DNA of 64,000 nt from Tannerella sp. Lineage in GTDB: Bacteria > Bacteroidota > Bacteroidia > Bacteroidales > Tannerellaceae. Shown piece by piece: positions 19,886 to 30,899 of this stretch (the first letter of the stretch is position 1; each line of letters begins with the position of its first letter). The stretch is taken from positions 16,547 through 80,546 of the forward strand of contig NZ_JAUMYS010000001.1 in NCBI RefSeq assembly GCF_030528505.1. Reading direction: 5' to 3'. The notes under the pieces were generated by a model that had not been told where the DNA came from, made no database searches, and was given only the letters and a program-made list of their open reading frames with translations. The position numbers and the translations under genes are program-made.

Positions 19886-22348
19886 TTAAGCCTCGGGGAT
19901 GACCGGCTTTTTCTTCCGAATAGCATCCCAAAGCGCAAAACCGAGCAGTCCGATCAGGACGATTCCCACCATGATGGAGCCGATCATGGAGATTTTCGCA
20001 CTGCGAAGATATACTTCGTCAATACACTTGAATTCAATCTTGTGCTGACCTGCGGGCACTTTCAAGCCTCGCAGGATATAATTTACCCGCACCGGCGATA
20101 CTTCCTGTCCGTCGATATACGCGCGCCACGTTTTGTAGAATACTTCGGAGAAGACGGCCAGACGAGGCTGCATGCTGTTGCTCTCGTAGAGCAGATGACC
20201 CGGGTTGACGTAGTCGGCCAGACGGATCGAAGCCGTGCTGTCCGTCGCATGTTGTAACTGCTCCCAATCGGTCAGTTTATCTTTCCAGACCATGTCGATC
20301 ACCGCTTTCTGCGACGGATCGAAGTCGTTTAAGGCAACGATTTCTTCATCGGGCGAGTTCACCCACTGAATCTCGTTCACGAACCACGCATTACCTAACG
20401 CCCGGTCGTTCTTCTGCACCTGAGGCCCTTGCTGAGTCGGAACGATGATATAACGCGTATTGAGCATATTCAGCACATTCGGGTTAATGCCCTGTTGCGA
20501 AAAATGATAATCGATTATATCCTGATAACGGCGCAACTTGGCCGGGCTGTATCCGCCGACGGATTTATGGAAGTACGACGTCTCCGATTCGTTGAACGTG
20601 CTTTTCGTCAAGTTCAACACCCGATAGTTCGGGTCTTTGTCCTGCAAAATGAGTTTGTCGGCTTCCGTCGCCACGATCTCGCGCGATTTCTTCTTCGGCA
20701 CGAAGCTGTCGTGATTCAGGAAACGCTTGTCGACGGTCCACGCATCGATAAAGATCAGTACGCCGAAGATGGCCAGCAGATACCCCATCTTGTACGATAT
20801 TTTTATATACAGCCACAATGCCGCGGCTGCCAGCGCGATAAACACAAACGAACGCCAAGCGTCGGCCGACAGGAGGCTCTGACGGTCGGAAACCAAGGCC
20901 ATCAGCAGGTCGGGATACTGACCGAAATTCTGCGTGTCAGCCTGACTTGTGAAGCTCATCACACTGCCGCCGAACAACGCGTACAGCAGACACAGTCCTC
21001 CCGTAATGCCGGCCGAGATGTACAACGGACGAAGCAGTTTCTTCCGGTCGTCTTTGTATTCAAGAAACGTTTTGACAGCGAGTACGGCCAGCGCAACCAT
21101 CGATACCTCCGCGATGACGAGCGCCATCGAAGGGGTACGGAACTTGTTGTACAGCGGCAGATGGTGGAACAGAAACTCATTGATCCCCGCGTTTTTCCCC
21201 CACGAGAGGACGAACGAAATCAGGGTCACGGCAAGCAGCCACCATCGTTCGGGACCTTTCACGATAAGCAGCCCCAGCACAAACAGGAAACAGATGATAG
21301 CTCCCACATAAACCGGTCCGGCCGTAAAAGGTTGGTCGCCCCAATAAGCCGGAGCGTACTGACAGAATTGCTTGCCTTGTGCGGCCTGTCCGTTACGGCT
21401 GAAGAAATGGTAACACTCCGAATCCGTGCCGATATCGTAATGCGAGCTGGCTCCGTAGAAGTTTGGTATCAGCAGCGTCATCGTTTCTCCTTTGCCGTAG
21501 CTCCAGTTGAACGCGTAGTCGATGTCCAGCCCGGAGCTCTCTTTCTTTCCGTCGGGATTGGCTTTCAGAACAGCGCCGCCACGCATCGTCTCTTTGACGT
21601 AATCGGCCGAGTTCATCAACGAACCTAAAGCCGGAGCGATAGCCAGCAAACCAACGACCAGTAGGACAGCGGATGATTTCAGATAATCGGGCAACGTATG
21701 TTCACGGATGGCATAGATCAAATAGACCACAGCCAGCACAAGAATCATAATCAACAGATAGTAGCTGATCTGCTGATGGCTCCACAGTACGTTCAAGCCC
21801 GTAAAAACAAGGGTGACGATACTTCCCCAGAGATATTTCTTGCGGTAGCAGAGAATAATTCCTCCGATAACCGGCGCCATCGTAGCCATTACAAGGCATT
21901 TATTGACATGACCGGCATGGATGCTGATCAGGTTGAACGACGCGAACGCATAGGCGATCGCCCCGATGATACTTAACCAGTGCCTGCACCCCAAGGCGAT
22001 CATAAAAATGTAAAAACCGATGAGAGAGAGGAAAACCACAAAGGCGTTTCCGGAAAGGAAGTAGAGCGAGAACACGCGGCTCACAGAACTGAATATGTTA
22101 AAGATCGGAGCGCTATACGCGTAGTTGTGCGGCATTCCCCCAAACATACGGTTCGACCAGAAAGCGTGCTCTCCCGTTTCTTTATAGTGATCGGCCAGGT
22201 CTTTTCCCCAACCTTGCGCACTCGTCACATCGCCCTGCATCAGCCCTTTATTGTCGAATACTTCCGGCGCGAAGTAAATGACGGACAGCCCTAAAAACAA
22301 TAATACCGCCACGATATGCGGCAAACTTTTTTTCAATGTATCGCTCAT
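19886..22348 (-). CDS. YfhO-family polytopic membrane protein (GT-C-like glycosyl transferase family)
   Basis: The 820 aa protein has many TM helices. Its N-terminus (FAPEVFDNKGLMQGDVTSAQGWGKDLADHYKETGEHAFWSNRMFGGMP) matches the YfhO family. Confidence 0.7.
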   Translation of the reverse strand: MSDTLKKSLPHIVAVLLFLGLSVIYFAPEVFDNKGLMQGDVTSAQGWGKDLADHYKETGEHAFWSNRMFGGMPHNYAYSAPIFNIFSSVSRVFSLYFLSGNAFVVFLSLIGFYIFMIALGCRHWLSIIGAIAYAFASFNLISIHAGHVNKCLVMATMAPVIGGIILCYRKKYLWGSIVTLVFTGLNVLWSHQQISYYLLIMILVLAVVYLIYAIREHTLPDYLKSSAVLLVVGLLAIAPALGSLMNSADYVKETMRGGAVLKANPDGKKESSGLDIDYAFNWSYGKGETMTLLIPNFYGASSHYDIGTDSECYHFFSRNGQAAQGKQFCQYAPAYWGDQPFTAGPVYVGAIICFLFVLGLLIVKGPERWWLLAVTLISFVLSWGKNAGINEFLFHHLPLYNKFRTPSMALVIAEVSMVALAVLAVKTFLEYKDDRKKLLRPLYISAGITGGLCLLYALFGGSVMSFTSQADTQNFGQYPDLLMALVSDRQSLLSADAWRSFVFIALAAAALWLYIKISYKMGYLLAIFGVLIFIDAWTVDKRFLNHDSFVPKKKSREIVATEADKLILQDKDPNYRVLNLTKSTFNESETSYFHKSVGGYSPAKLRRYQDIIDYHFSQQGINPNVLNMLNTRYIIVPTQQGPQVQKNDRALGNAWFVNEIQWVNSPDEEIVALNDFDPSQKAVIDMVWKDKLTDWEQLQHATDSTASIRLADYVNPGHLLYESNSMQPRLAVFSEVFYKTWRAYIDGQEVSPVRVNYILRGLKVPAGQHKIEFKCIDEVYLRSAKISMIGSIMVGIVLIGLLGFALWDAIRKKKPVIPEA

Positions 22349-22393
22349 GATGTTCTATCTTTTCAATTCTTACATTATAATAATATCGATTCG

Positions 22394-23164
22394 CTAATAA
22401 TTGTTCCCGAAAAGCTTCGCCCGGTAGAAACGAAAGGCAAACCAAAGGTGTCGTATTTGTGTCGGGAACGTGCCGTAATAGTTGCACATGATCCGGTAGC
22501 GCTCTTTCAACGACGCCTTGCGGTTGCGGGTCGTCATCCCCTCCGCGAGATAATGGACGAGACGCAGATGCGAATGGACAATCGCCGCGGATTGTTTCAT
22601 GCAACGGATGCACCAATCAAAATCGGCAGAAAAGCGGTATTGCAGATCGTACTCCGGCGCCGCCTCCCGCTTCATCACGAAGGCCTGATGACAGACGAGC
22701 ATGCCCATACGGAAACTCTTCCATGTCAAATGCTCCGGCGCTCTCAACCGACGAGCCGCCAGATATTTCCCTTCTTCGTCCACCACGTCCGTCTCCCCGT
22801 AAAGGATATCCGGCAGATGATGCCGCTGCGCGACTTCTGCCAGACGAGCAACGGTATCGGGCGACTGCAACGTATCGCCCGCATTGAGAAACCATACGTA
22901 ATCGCCTGTCGCCATCCGCAGTCCTTTGTTCATCGCGTCATAAAGCCCCTTGTCCGGCTCCGAAACAACTTCGAATCGCTTGTTTTGCGCCGTCAGACGA
23001 TCGCGATACGGTGCAACAAGACCGATGGTTCCATCGGTGGATGCCCCGTCGACCAGAATATATTCGATATTCCTGTACGACTGATCGCAAACACTCCGCA
23101 ACGTCCGCTCCAACACTCTCTCGGCATTGTAAGTGACAGTGATGATGGAAAAGAGAGGGGGCAT
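22394..23164 (-). CDS. family 2 glycosyltransferase
   Basis: The motif ITVTYNAERVLERTLRSVCDQSYRNIEYILVDGASTDGT contains a DxD, typical of GT2 enzymes. Confidence 0.85.
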   Translation of the reverse strand: MPPLFSIITVTYNAERVLERTLRSVCDQSYRNIEYILVDGASTDGTIGLVAPYRDRLTAQNKRFEVVSEPDKGLYDAMNKGLRMATGDYVWFLNAGDTLQSPDTVARLAEVAQRHHLPDILYGETDVVDEEGKYLAARRLRAPEHLTWKSFRMGMLVCHQAFVMKREAAPEYDLQYRFSADFDWCIRCMKQSAAIVHSHLRLVHYLAEGMTTRNRKASLKERYRIMCNYYGTFPTQIRHLWFAFRFYRAKLFGNNY

Positions 23165-23167
23165 ATA

Positions 23168-24415
23168 TTATGACAACAAGCTATGATATAATGCTATGTG
23201 TTGTTTGGCAACGACCTCTTCGCTATAGCTCTGCTCTACCTTCCTACGTGCATCCTTCGAAAGCGTTTCCGGATCGGCTTCTTCCAAAATCCAGCGGATG
23301 CCATTGGCCAAATCGTCTGCGTTCTTATATTCCGCTACATACCCGTTCTTCCGATGATCGATCATTTCGGGAATACCTCCCACATCGAACCCGACGCAAG
23401 GAGTCCCGCATGCCATGGCTTCCATGATCGTGTTCGGGAGATTTTCCTCTAGAGAAGGGGTTATAAACACATTTACTGCATTATATAAACAAACAATATC
23501 ATCGGCTTGGCTCAAATACCCCATCGAATATACAGGGATTTGAATGAGACTTATAAACTCTTCTTTTGCTTGTCCAAATACAACTAAGCAAACGTCCTTT
23601 AGTAGATTCAATTTTATAATCGCATCTACTAAATAAGATAAGCCTTTTCGTTGATCTGTGAGATTTGCAGCACCAAAAAGCAACATCTTTTTATCTTGGG
23701 GCAGACCAAGTCTTCTTCGACTGTCAATTTTATTGTTTGATTTAAATATAGAAATATTAATCGGATTAGGAATGGATAAAATACAATGATTTATTGAGAG
23801 GTTACTACTTTGAGCTTTTTTCAACAACCAGTGGCTACATGCAATCAATCTTATGTTGCTATTCGAAAAAATAAGCTCTCTTTTTTCTATGAATTTTTTT
23901 TCAGACAGATCATGTTTCTTTTTTTGTAGAAAGAAACATTCGGAGCACCTGCTCATGAAATGATTGCAATGTCGAGCATGATGACATATTCCCGTAAAAG
24001 GCCACATGTCATGCATCGTCCAAACAATCGGTTTGTCTAATGAAGATAGTTTGGCTATGCTACCCAAGGATAGAAACCCCTGATTGGTCCAATGCAGATG
24101 AATAATATCCGCCCATTTCACAAGAGGGTGCCGGTCGATACGGTATCCTGTATTGGCAATCGATACGGCAAATAAGTTCTCACGAGAGAAACCGTTATGT
24201 AACCAGATAACAAAACGCTCCCATAAGAATCGAAGCTTGCCAAGCCACTTGGGCTCCTTCTCATAGATACTGTATACGTGTTCGTCGTCCGTCTGCTTAT
24301 CACGTACCAGCATCTTTACTGATATCCCTTGTTTCTCCAATGCTTGCTGCAAACGCTTGCAAGCGATGGCGGCGCCTCCTTGTAACTCAAATGTGCTAAG
24401 CAGAAGAATATTCAT
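23168..24415 (-). CDS. family 4 glycosyltransferase (GT-B, retaining)
   Basis: The C-terminal EENLPNTIMEAMACGTPCVGFDVGGIPE matches the GT4 EX7E region. Confidence 0.85.
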   Translation of the reverse strand: MNILLLSTFELQGGAAIACKRLQQALEKQGISVKMLVRDKQTDDEHVYSIYEKEPKWLGKLRFLWERFVIWLHNGFSRENLFAVSIANTGYRIDRHPLVKWADIIHLHWTNQGFLSLGSIAKLSSLDKPIVWTMHDMWPFTGICHHARHCNHFMSRCSECFFLQKKKHDLSEKKFIEKRELIFSNSNIRLIACSHWLLKKAQSSNLSINHCILSIPNPINISIFKSNNKIDSRRRLGLPQDKKMLLFGAANLTDQRKGLSYLVDAIIKLNLLKDVCLVVFGQAKEEFISLIQIPVYSMGYLSQADDIVCLYNAVNVFITPSLEENLPNTIMEAMACGTPCVGFDVGGIPEMIDHRKNGYVAEYKNADDLANGIRWILEEADPETLSKDARRKVEQSYSEEVVAKQHIALYHSLLS

Positions 24416-24416
24416 C

Positions 24417-25136
24417 TTATTTTCGTGCCGCGATCACAATATAGGGAGAAAGCCACCTGCCCTTGATAGGGAACAGTTTGATGGCATAACTTATGAACTT
24501 GATGAACCGTCGTATTATGGGAGATGTTTTAGCCTTAGGTTCTAACCATACGATCGGTTTTCTCGTGTATTCGACGCGCAAATCTTTCAGGGAGAATGTT
24601 GCCATGATTTCCTTCAATCGATCGATCTCCATCGACTTTAAATTGTGTGCGTCATAATTTTCTTTATCGAATCGGCGCTGTATCCATCCGTTCAACCCCA
24701 ATAAGTTGGGCAAGGTGATTAATAACACTCCATTCGGAGCAAGTAAGTCGACATGTCGTCTGATTACATCTTCCGTATCATGAAAATGCTCGATGAAGCC
24801 TAATGAGAACACGAAATCGTAGCTGTTTTCGGTCGAGAAGTGAAAGAAATCCTGCTCGATGCAAGAGGCGGTATGGGGCTTGATACTGTTGATACGTTCT
24901 GTTTCTCGGACCATCTCTTCGTCGATATAGAAATCCAGCAAAGATACAGAGCATCCGTATTTTTTATGAAAAAATACAGACATCGTTCCCGGGAAACCTT
25001 CGATTTCGATGAATGATTTATTTTTTAAATCTTTGGGAAGAAAACGATCAAAAAACATTTTCTGCGGAACTTTTCCGTATTGATAATTTTTCCAGTATAT
25101 TTCCCAAAAAGAGCGATCAGTCAGATTGTTATTCAT
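24417..25136 (-). CDS. class I SAM-dependent methyltransferase
   Basis: The 239 aa protein has a methyltransf_11/12-like motif I region (IEIEGFPGT) and LAPNGVLL. It lies inside the polysaccharide operon. Confidence 0.65.
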   Translation of the reverse strand: MNNNLTDRSFWEIYWKNYQYGKVPQKMFFDRFLPKDLKNKSFIEIEGFPGTMSVFFHKKYGCSVSLLDFYIDEEMVRETERINSIKPHTASCIEQDFFHFSTENSYDFVFSLGFIEHFHDTEDVIRRHVDLLAPNGVLLITLPNLLGLNGWIQRRFDKENYDAHNLKSMEIDRLKEIMATFSLKDLRVEYTRKPIVWLEPKAKTSPIIRRFIKFISYAIKLFPIKGRWLSPYIVIAARK

Positions 25137-26341
25137 CGTTGTTTACTTATTACATAAGTAAATGCATCTATGTACCGCTGACTAACGGTTTCTAAATTAA
25201 TTTTTTCTTTGATCACCCGATACGAAGCCTCTCCCATAGTTTTTGCTTTTTCTTTATCTGATAGGACCAAGTCAATTTTATAAGCGAGGCTATCAACGTT
25301 ACCTTCTTGAAAGATGTACCCATTTACACCATCCGTTATCAGGTCTTTCTCTGTTCCGTCACAAACGGAGCAAATTACGGGCAAAGAAAAGCACATCGCA
25401 TCATTAATTGAAAGGCCTCCCATACCCGCTAACACATATACACTCGATTCGTGCATATATTGCCCTAATGCCAGAGGATCATAAATCGCTCCCGTAAAAA
25501 CAGTTCTGTCTTTTAATCCGAGTTTCAGAACTTGTTGTTCCAGTGTTTCTCTTTCAGGGCCATCGCCGATAATGACCAGTTCGGCATCCGGATATTTATC
25601 GGATATTTTCTGAAAAGCCTCAACCAGTAAATCGACCTTCTTCCATTTCACCAATCGTCCGATATGAAGAATACGCGGACATATTTTGAGTATTGGAGGG
25701 GTTGATAGAACTTTTTTACGCTGCTCAAATAATGTATCCGTATCCGATGTGTTATAGCGAACAAAAATGTCTTCTCTTTTTACTCCGTAAGAAGGAAGAA
25801 TATCGTATGCACAAGAAGCATAGTTGACCGTTGCATCTGCCTTTTTATAGATATACCGCCGTATCCACATCGTTAACATGGCACGGAGATAAAACGATAA
25901 TCCCTGACTTTGTAGTTCCATGTTTTCATTGTATACCGGATGCTTCTTGAAATAGCCCAACTTTCCGAAAGGAGGGGTTTGAAAAGGGATCTCTTGTATA
26001 ATCAGGCGGATTTTATTTTTTTTTATCAATTTGAGAATGCTCCGATCAAAAAACAAATGCAAAAAATAAGGCCATCCGATCATCAGAATATCCGGCTTCT
26101 CCTCTGATAAAATGCATTTCAGATCAATCAAAGCAGGCTTACCGTACCATTTGGTCTTTGAACGACTATAACAAATCCGATAAGACGTTTTTTTTGCCTC
26201 AGCGCGTTTTACTCCCGTCCCGACTGTCTTGTCATCATTCTGCGGTAACAACATCACTAACTCACAGCCTTTAGATACAAGACGCTCAATTAGAGGATGA
26301 GTGTAGGAGGTTATCGTTACGTTTACGTAGATGACTTTCAT
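25133..26341 (-). CDS. family 4 glycosyltransferase
   Basis: The GT4 C-terminal motif ESSVYVLAGMGGLSINDAMCFSLPVICSVCDGTEKDLITDGVNGYIF is present. Confidence 0.8.
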   Translation of the reverse strand: MKVIYVNVTITSYTHPLIERLVSKGCELVMLLPQNDDKTVGTGVKRAEAKKTSYRICYSRSKTKWYGKPALIDLKCILSEEKPDILMIGWPYFLHLFFDRSILKLIKKNKIRLIIQEIPFQTPPFGKLGYFKKHPVYNENMELQSQGLSFYLRAMLTMWIRRYIYKKADATVNYASCAYDILPSYGVKREDIFVRYNTSDTDTLFEQRKKVLSTPPILKICPRILHIGRLVKWKKVDLLVEAFQKISDKYPDAELVIIGDGPERETLEQQVLKLGLKDRTVFTGAIYDPLALGQYMHESSVYVLAGMGGLSINDAMCFSLPVICSVCDGTEKDLITDGVNGYIFQEGNVDSLAYKIDLVLSDKEKAKTMGEASYRVIKEKINLETVSQRYIDAFTYVISKQR

Positions 26342-26344
26342 TTT

Positions 26345-27502
26345 TTAAGAAAGCAGGAAGGAGTCAACAATCCGTTCACAGGCCTTTCCGTCGCCATACG
26401 GATTGACTGCCTGACTCATTCGTTTGTAACATTCGGTATCATCTAACAATGACGATACTTCCGAGACAATCTTATCGTAATCCGTGCCGACCAGCTTGAC
26501 TGTTCCGGCTTCCAGCGCTTCAGGACGCTCTGTCGTATCGCGCATAACGAGTACCGGCTTACCCAGCCCGGGAGCTTCTTCTTGTATCCCTCCGCTGTCG
26601 GTCAAGACGATATGGCTTTTTTCCATCAGATACACGAACGAGAGATATTCCAGCGGCTCGATAAAGAATAAGTTGGATTGACGATTCTCTCCGAAAATCT
26701 CTTTGATTGGTTTCCGAACATTCGGGTTCAGATGCATTGGATAGACAAAGTCCACATTCGGATATTTCTCGCTCAACGTTTTAATCGCCTGGCAGATATG
26801 TAGGAACCCATCACCAAAGTTTTCACGTCGATGGCCGGTGATAAGCACAAGGTGACGTCCCTCTTCCACTCCCAATCGGTCTGTATCATAGCCCGCGGCC
26901 TTCAGCTCTTTCCCGAGTGATAATTGTAAAGGAACGTCGTTTTTGATCTTATTGACAACGGCATAGAGCGCGTCGATTACGGTATTGCCGGTGACGATGA
27001 TACGGCTCTTGTCGATGCCTTCGCGCAGCAGATTCTCCCGGCTCAACGGCGTAGGAGAAAAATGATGTGTTGCAATCCGGCCCGTAATCTGTCGATTCAT
27101 CTCTTCCGGCCATGGACTGTAAATGTTATGTGTCCGAAGTCCGGCTTCCACATGCCCTACCGGTATCTGACGATAGAAAGCTGCTAAAGCCACAGCCATC
27201 GAAGTAGTCGTATCGCCATGTACCAATACGATTTCAGGCTTGGCCTCGGACAACACGTCGCGCATGCCGGAAAGGATTCGGGCGGTGACATCGTACAAAT
27301 CCTGCCCCGGCTTCATGATGTTCAGGTCGTAGTCCGGAACAATCCCGAAGATGTTTAGCACCTGATCCAGCATCTCCCGATGTTGGCCCGTTACGCAGAC
27401 CAACGTTTCATATTGATCGGGGTGTTTTCGGAACTCCTGCACGAGCGGAGCCATCTTTATCGCCTCGGGACGTGTCCCGAAGACTAACATTACTCTTTTC
27501 AT
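26345..27502 (-). CDS. wecB: UDP-N-acetylglucosamine 2-epimerase (non-hydrolysing)
   Basis: MKRVMLVFGTRPEAIKMAPLV and HVEAGLRT are present, together with other conserved epimerase blocks. Confidence 0.9.
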   Translation of the reverse strand: MKRVMLVFGTRPEAIKMAPLVQEFRKHPDQYETLVCVTGQHREMLDQVLNIFGIVPDYDLNIMKPGQDLYDVTARILSGMRDVLSEAKPEIVLVHGDTTTSMAVALAAFYRQIPVGHVEAGLRTHNIYSPWPEEMNRQITGRIATHHFSPTPLSRENLLREGIDKSRIIVTGNTVIDALYAVVNKIKNDVPLQLSLGKELKAAGYDTDRLGVEEGRHLVLITGHRRENFGDGFLHICQAIKTLSEKYPNVDFVYPMHLNPNVRKPIKEIFGENRQSNLFFIEPLEYLSFVYLMEKSHIVLTDSGGIQEEAPGLGKPVLVMRDTTERPEALEAGTVKLVGTDYDKIVSEVSSLLDDTECYKRMSQAVNPYGDGKACERIVDSFLLS

Positions 27503-27506
27503 CATT

Positions 27507-28712
27507 TTATTTTTTGAATATCCCACAGAAGTCTAAGATCACTTTCTCTTCTTGCCAAGGCAATGTTTTAAATTCATTGTGAGCCACCAAGAAAGCGACA
27601 ATATCGGCCTTCTCATACGCTGTTTGATAGTTGGTCAGTTTGAAAACGGGATGCTCCTCAATGTTGGGTTCTACGACTAATAGATTCTCCGGCTCCGATT
27701 GCAATACTTTTTGCGTGATGTATTTAGCCGGGCTTTCCCGCAGATCGTCAATATTCGGTTTAAAGGCCAGTCCCATAATGGCTACGACAGGTTTCCGCGA
27801 GCGTTTCATCTCATATTCCAGCATGGCGTTTTTGATTTTTTCCGCACACCAGAAAGCTTTATAGTTATTGAGCTCTCGCGATTTGGCGATTAACTGAGAC
27901 TCTACCGGGAATTCCGAAGTCAGAAAGTACGGATCGACTGCGATACAATGTCCGCCGACACCACAACCCGGCTGCAAGATATTCACCCGCGGATGCTTAT
28001 TGGCCAACTCGATCAGCTCCCAAACATTAATTCCGGCCTTGTCACAAATCAGAGACAGTTCGTTGGCAAAAGCGATCTGTACATCGCGCGACGAGTTCTC
28101 CGTCAGCTTACACATCTCGGCCGTCTTGGCATTCGTCTGATGCAGATCTCCTTTCACGAAGAGCGCATAAAACTCCATGGCCTTTTGTGTCGAAGCCTCG
28201 TCGATTCCTCCGATCACCCGGTCGTTATATTCCAGTTCATAGAGGAGATTGCCGGGCAGTACTCTTTCCGGACAATAGGCCATGTAAATGGCTCCTTCCA
28301 ATTCCGGACGTTCGGAGTAAACGAGATGTTTCATTTTATCGGTTGTCCCTACCGGCGAGGTCGATTCGATAATCAGCAGACTGCCTTTCTTCAGCAAGGG
28401 AATAACCGAGCGGATAGCTGTTTCGACATACGAAATATCCGGCTCATGATTACCTCTGAAAGGTGTCGGAACGACAATCAGGTATACATCACCCTCTTCG
28501 GCCTGCGTAGTTGCACGCAAATGTCCGCTTCGCACGACCTGTTCAACCACTTCCGACAATCCCGGCTCTACGATATGCGTCTCACCTTTATTAACCGATT
28601 CGACCACCCGTTCATTGATATCGACACCGACGACCGTGAGTCCCTTTCCGGCCAGCATCGCCGCCGTCGGGAAACCAATATATCCTAAACCGATGCAAAT
28701 AATTTTGTTCAT
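27507..28712 (-). CDS. wecC: UDP-N-acetyl-D-mannosamine dehydrogenase
   Basis: The N-terminus MNKIICIGLGYIGFPTAAMLA is a Rossmann motif. A UDP-glucose/GDP-mannose dehydrogenase family catalytic Cys region is present. It lies immediately 5' of wecB. Confidence 0.9.
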   Translation of the reverse strand: MNKIICIGLGYIGFPTAAMLAGKGLTVVGVDINERVVESVNKGETHIVEPGLSEVVEQVVRSGHLRATTQAEEGDVYLIVVPTPFRGNHEPDISYVETAIRSVIPLLKKGSLLIIESTSPVGTTDKMKHLVYSERPELEGAIYMAYCPERVLPGNLLYELEYNDRVIGGIDEASTQKAMEFYALFVKGDLHQTNAKTAEMCKLTENSSRDVQIAFANELSLICDKAGINVWELIELANKHPRVNILQPGCGVGGHCIAVDPYFLTSEFPVESQLIAKSRELNNYKAFWCAEKIKNAMLEYEMKRSRKPVVAIMGLAFKPNIDDLRESPAKYITQKVLQSEPENLLVVEPNIEEHPVFKLTNYQTAYEKADIVAFLVAHNEFKTLPWQEEKVILDFCGIFKK

Positions 28713-28742
28713 TGTTAGTTGCTATGTTGCATGAAAGTTCTT

Positions 28743-29939
28743 TTACATCAATTTCTTGAAGAAATAAAACAGATAAGGCACCAGATTGTACTTACCGTTT
28801 TTCTTCCGCTCGTATTGCTTTATTCTATTTGCCAATGCTTTATCGAATGGTTTTGCTTTCACTTTTTTGAGTATTGTGCAAATCATCTCCGAGCGGTCTC
28901 CCCAATCATAATCTTTAACCGCGCTTAAACGTGCCTGTTCCTGAAATATATCCAAGTCTGAGAAATGTTTTATATAGTACATCATCTGCTCTACGAGCGA
29001 ATCTGTAGAGACTTTACATTGTGGCCAAAAATATCCGTCACTTCTGGAGTAGAGGTATTCAATATCGACTAATTTTCCGTTTACTCCGTCTTGTATGAAT
29101 TCATTCATAGGGGCATGATTCGATACGATACAAGGCAGTCCGCAAGAAAGGGCTTCGACCACGGTCAGTCCTAATCCATCTAAGATGGACGGATATACGT
29201 AGACGTCTCCTAAGCCGTAAAGTCCCGGTGCGGGAATGGTTGCTGTTCTAATTTCAATGTCAGGATGATGATAAATGGACGGATCGAAATGTTCGAGGCA
29301 CGTCTCTAATTTGCGTTGTGTATGAATAAGCAGTTTCGCTTGATGTCCTTTCGGCAATCTTAAAAATGCGTTAATGACGGTATCTGTCCCTTTCCTTTTC
29401 GGATTCATTCCCGCGGAGTGAAAGAAAGTGAGGTAATCATTCTTTTGACGTTTTACGTTGAATACGTCCGTTTCCGTTCCCCAAGGGATGAAATAGGTTT
29501 GCGGTATATCTTTAAACAGCAGGTAATGGCGGCGAGTATTGCAAAATATATAATCGTACATTGCAAAGAAAGGGACGGTATCTTCCTTGTAATAGTCGAC
29601 GTATGTTCCTGTCTTAATACCGAGTTCCTTACACCATACGACAGGGGGCCACCAGTTTTGCTCATTAAAGAGGACGATATCGATACGATTCTTCGTCAGC
29701 CACCGCGTAAAATCTTTTTTTACCATCAACCCGATGTCTCCACTATAATATCTCTTAGATATCTTTCCCCATGTAACAAACTCTTTATCCCAGTCGGACT
29801 GATTTTTACCGTACGATTCTCCGCTACGGGCATAGACAAAGACTTTGTTATCCGGATCGGTCTGTATGGCTTTCATATATTGTCGCGAAACGTATGCCGC
29901 GCCTCGCTCGAACCATGTCGATACAATTCCTACGTTCAT
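28743..29939 (-). CDS. family 4 glycosyltransferase
   Basis: The GT-B fold C-terminal motif GLGLTVVEALSCGLPCIVSNHAPMNEFIQDGVNGKL is present. Confidence 0.75.
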   Translation of the reverse strand: MNVGIVSTWFERGAAYVSRQYMKAIQTDPDNKVFVYARSGESYGKNQSDWDKEFVTWGKISKRYYSGDIGLMVKKDFTRWLTKNRIDIVLFNEQNWWPPVVWCKELGIKTGTYVDYYKEDTVPFFAMYDYIFCNTRRHYLLFKDIPQTYFIPWGTETDVFNVKRQKNDYLTFFHSAGMNPKRKGTDTVINAFLRLPKGHQAKLLIHTQRKLETCLEHFDPSIYHHPDIEIRTATIPAPGLYGLGDVYVYPSILDGLGLTVVEALSCGLPCIVSNHAPMNEFIQDGVNGKLVDIEYLYSRSDGYFWPQCKVSTDSLVEQMMYYIKHFSDLDIFQEQARLSAVKDYDWGDRSEMICTILKKVKAKPFDKALANRIKQYERKKNGKYNLVPYLFYFFKKLM

Positions 29940-29954
29940 ATCATCAACGAGCGA

Positions 29955-30899
29955 TTAGTTTATGACCATAGCAAACAGTTTGTGCCTGAGATGTACGACC
30001 GTGTAATGGGGATTGGCTTCCAATATCAGGGATTCGAGCACTTGCGGGTCGTCCGGGAAATGATAGGTACAAATTGCGAGTTTGGGCGCCAGTTTCTTCA
30101 AGGTTTGTTGTGCTCCTCTGAGCAAATTACGTTCGAAACCTTCAATATCGGATTTGATATAATCGATTTTCGTGATACCGTTTGCTTCGACAAAGGCGTC
30201 CAAGGTTGTGATTTGAACGGTTTCGTAGCGATCGGTGTATACGGCTTGTCTTTGGGTGTCGAAATTTTCACTCACCAACGAATTAGATCCCGAATTCTGA
30301 TCGCAAATATTGATTTTCAACTCTTCTTTTTTATCGCCTAATCCGGATTTAACGGGAATGATATACGGACTGTTCAGGCGCGCTGTTTCGCAAAGCCAGT
30401 TGTAGGTGCTATCGGTTGGTTCGAAGGCATAACTTGTAGCTCCTTTCGAGGCTGCATAAGCGCTGAAATCGCCCAACCATGCGCCGGCATCGATCACGAT
30501 ATCGCCCGGTTTTACGGTAACATCGAAGACTCCGTCAGTATATCCGTATGGGCCTTCGACCATGCTTTTATCAAGCTTCTCGACGAGATGTTTGTGATAG
30601 TTTTCGCCATAATGGCAGGAGAACAATAATACATCTTCAAACACGTGACGTAATACATCCAATTTCTCAGGATCGTGAGAGATGTCGGGGATTTTCGCAC
30701 CGTTGAAATTAAAGCATTTTTCTACCGGGTCGAAATATCTCATGACCGATTGATGTTTGGCTTTACGAAGACGTTTCTCAAAGAAAGGATATGCAATCTT
30801 TGTTTTTTCAGAAATCCGGCGCAGAAAATAGCTGGCGGTTTCTGCTTTTGTCCATTTCAGGCGGGTATATCCGTTCCAAGTATTTGATAGCAGCTTCAT
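29955..30899 (-). CDS. FkbM-family methyltransferase
   Basis: The FkbM domain hallmarks VIDAGAWLGDFSAYAASKG...YAFEP and IDYIKSDIEGFE are present. Confidence 0.8.
   Translation of the reverse strand: MKLLSNTWNGYTRLKWTKAETASYFLRRISEKTKIAYPFFEKRLRKAKHQSVMRYFDPVEKCFNFNGAKIPDISHDPEKLDVLRHVFEDVLLFSCHYGENYHKHLVEKLDKSMVEGPYGYTDGVFDVTVKPGDIVIDAGAWLGDFSAYAASKGATSYAFEPTDSTYNWLCETARLNSPYIIPVKSGLGDKKEELKINICDQNSGSNSLVSENFDTQRQAVYTDRYETVQITTLDAFVEANGITKIDYIKSDIEGFERNLLRGAQQTLKKLAPKLAICTYHFPDDPQVLESLILEANPHYTVVHLRHKLFAMVIN

Noticed and set aside
20429-21628. A 399-aa plus-strand ORF lies antisense to the YfhO-like gene. Other long antisense ORFs include 22316-23173, 27948-28688, 29418-30341, 42142-43173, 60236-60928, 61196-61753, 7800-8504, 1549-2178 and 862-1458.
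   Set aside because: All are embedded antisense in genes with clear family signatures. Their own translations are Arg/Gln/His-rich with no motifs, so they are not independent genes.
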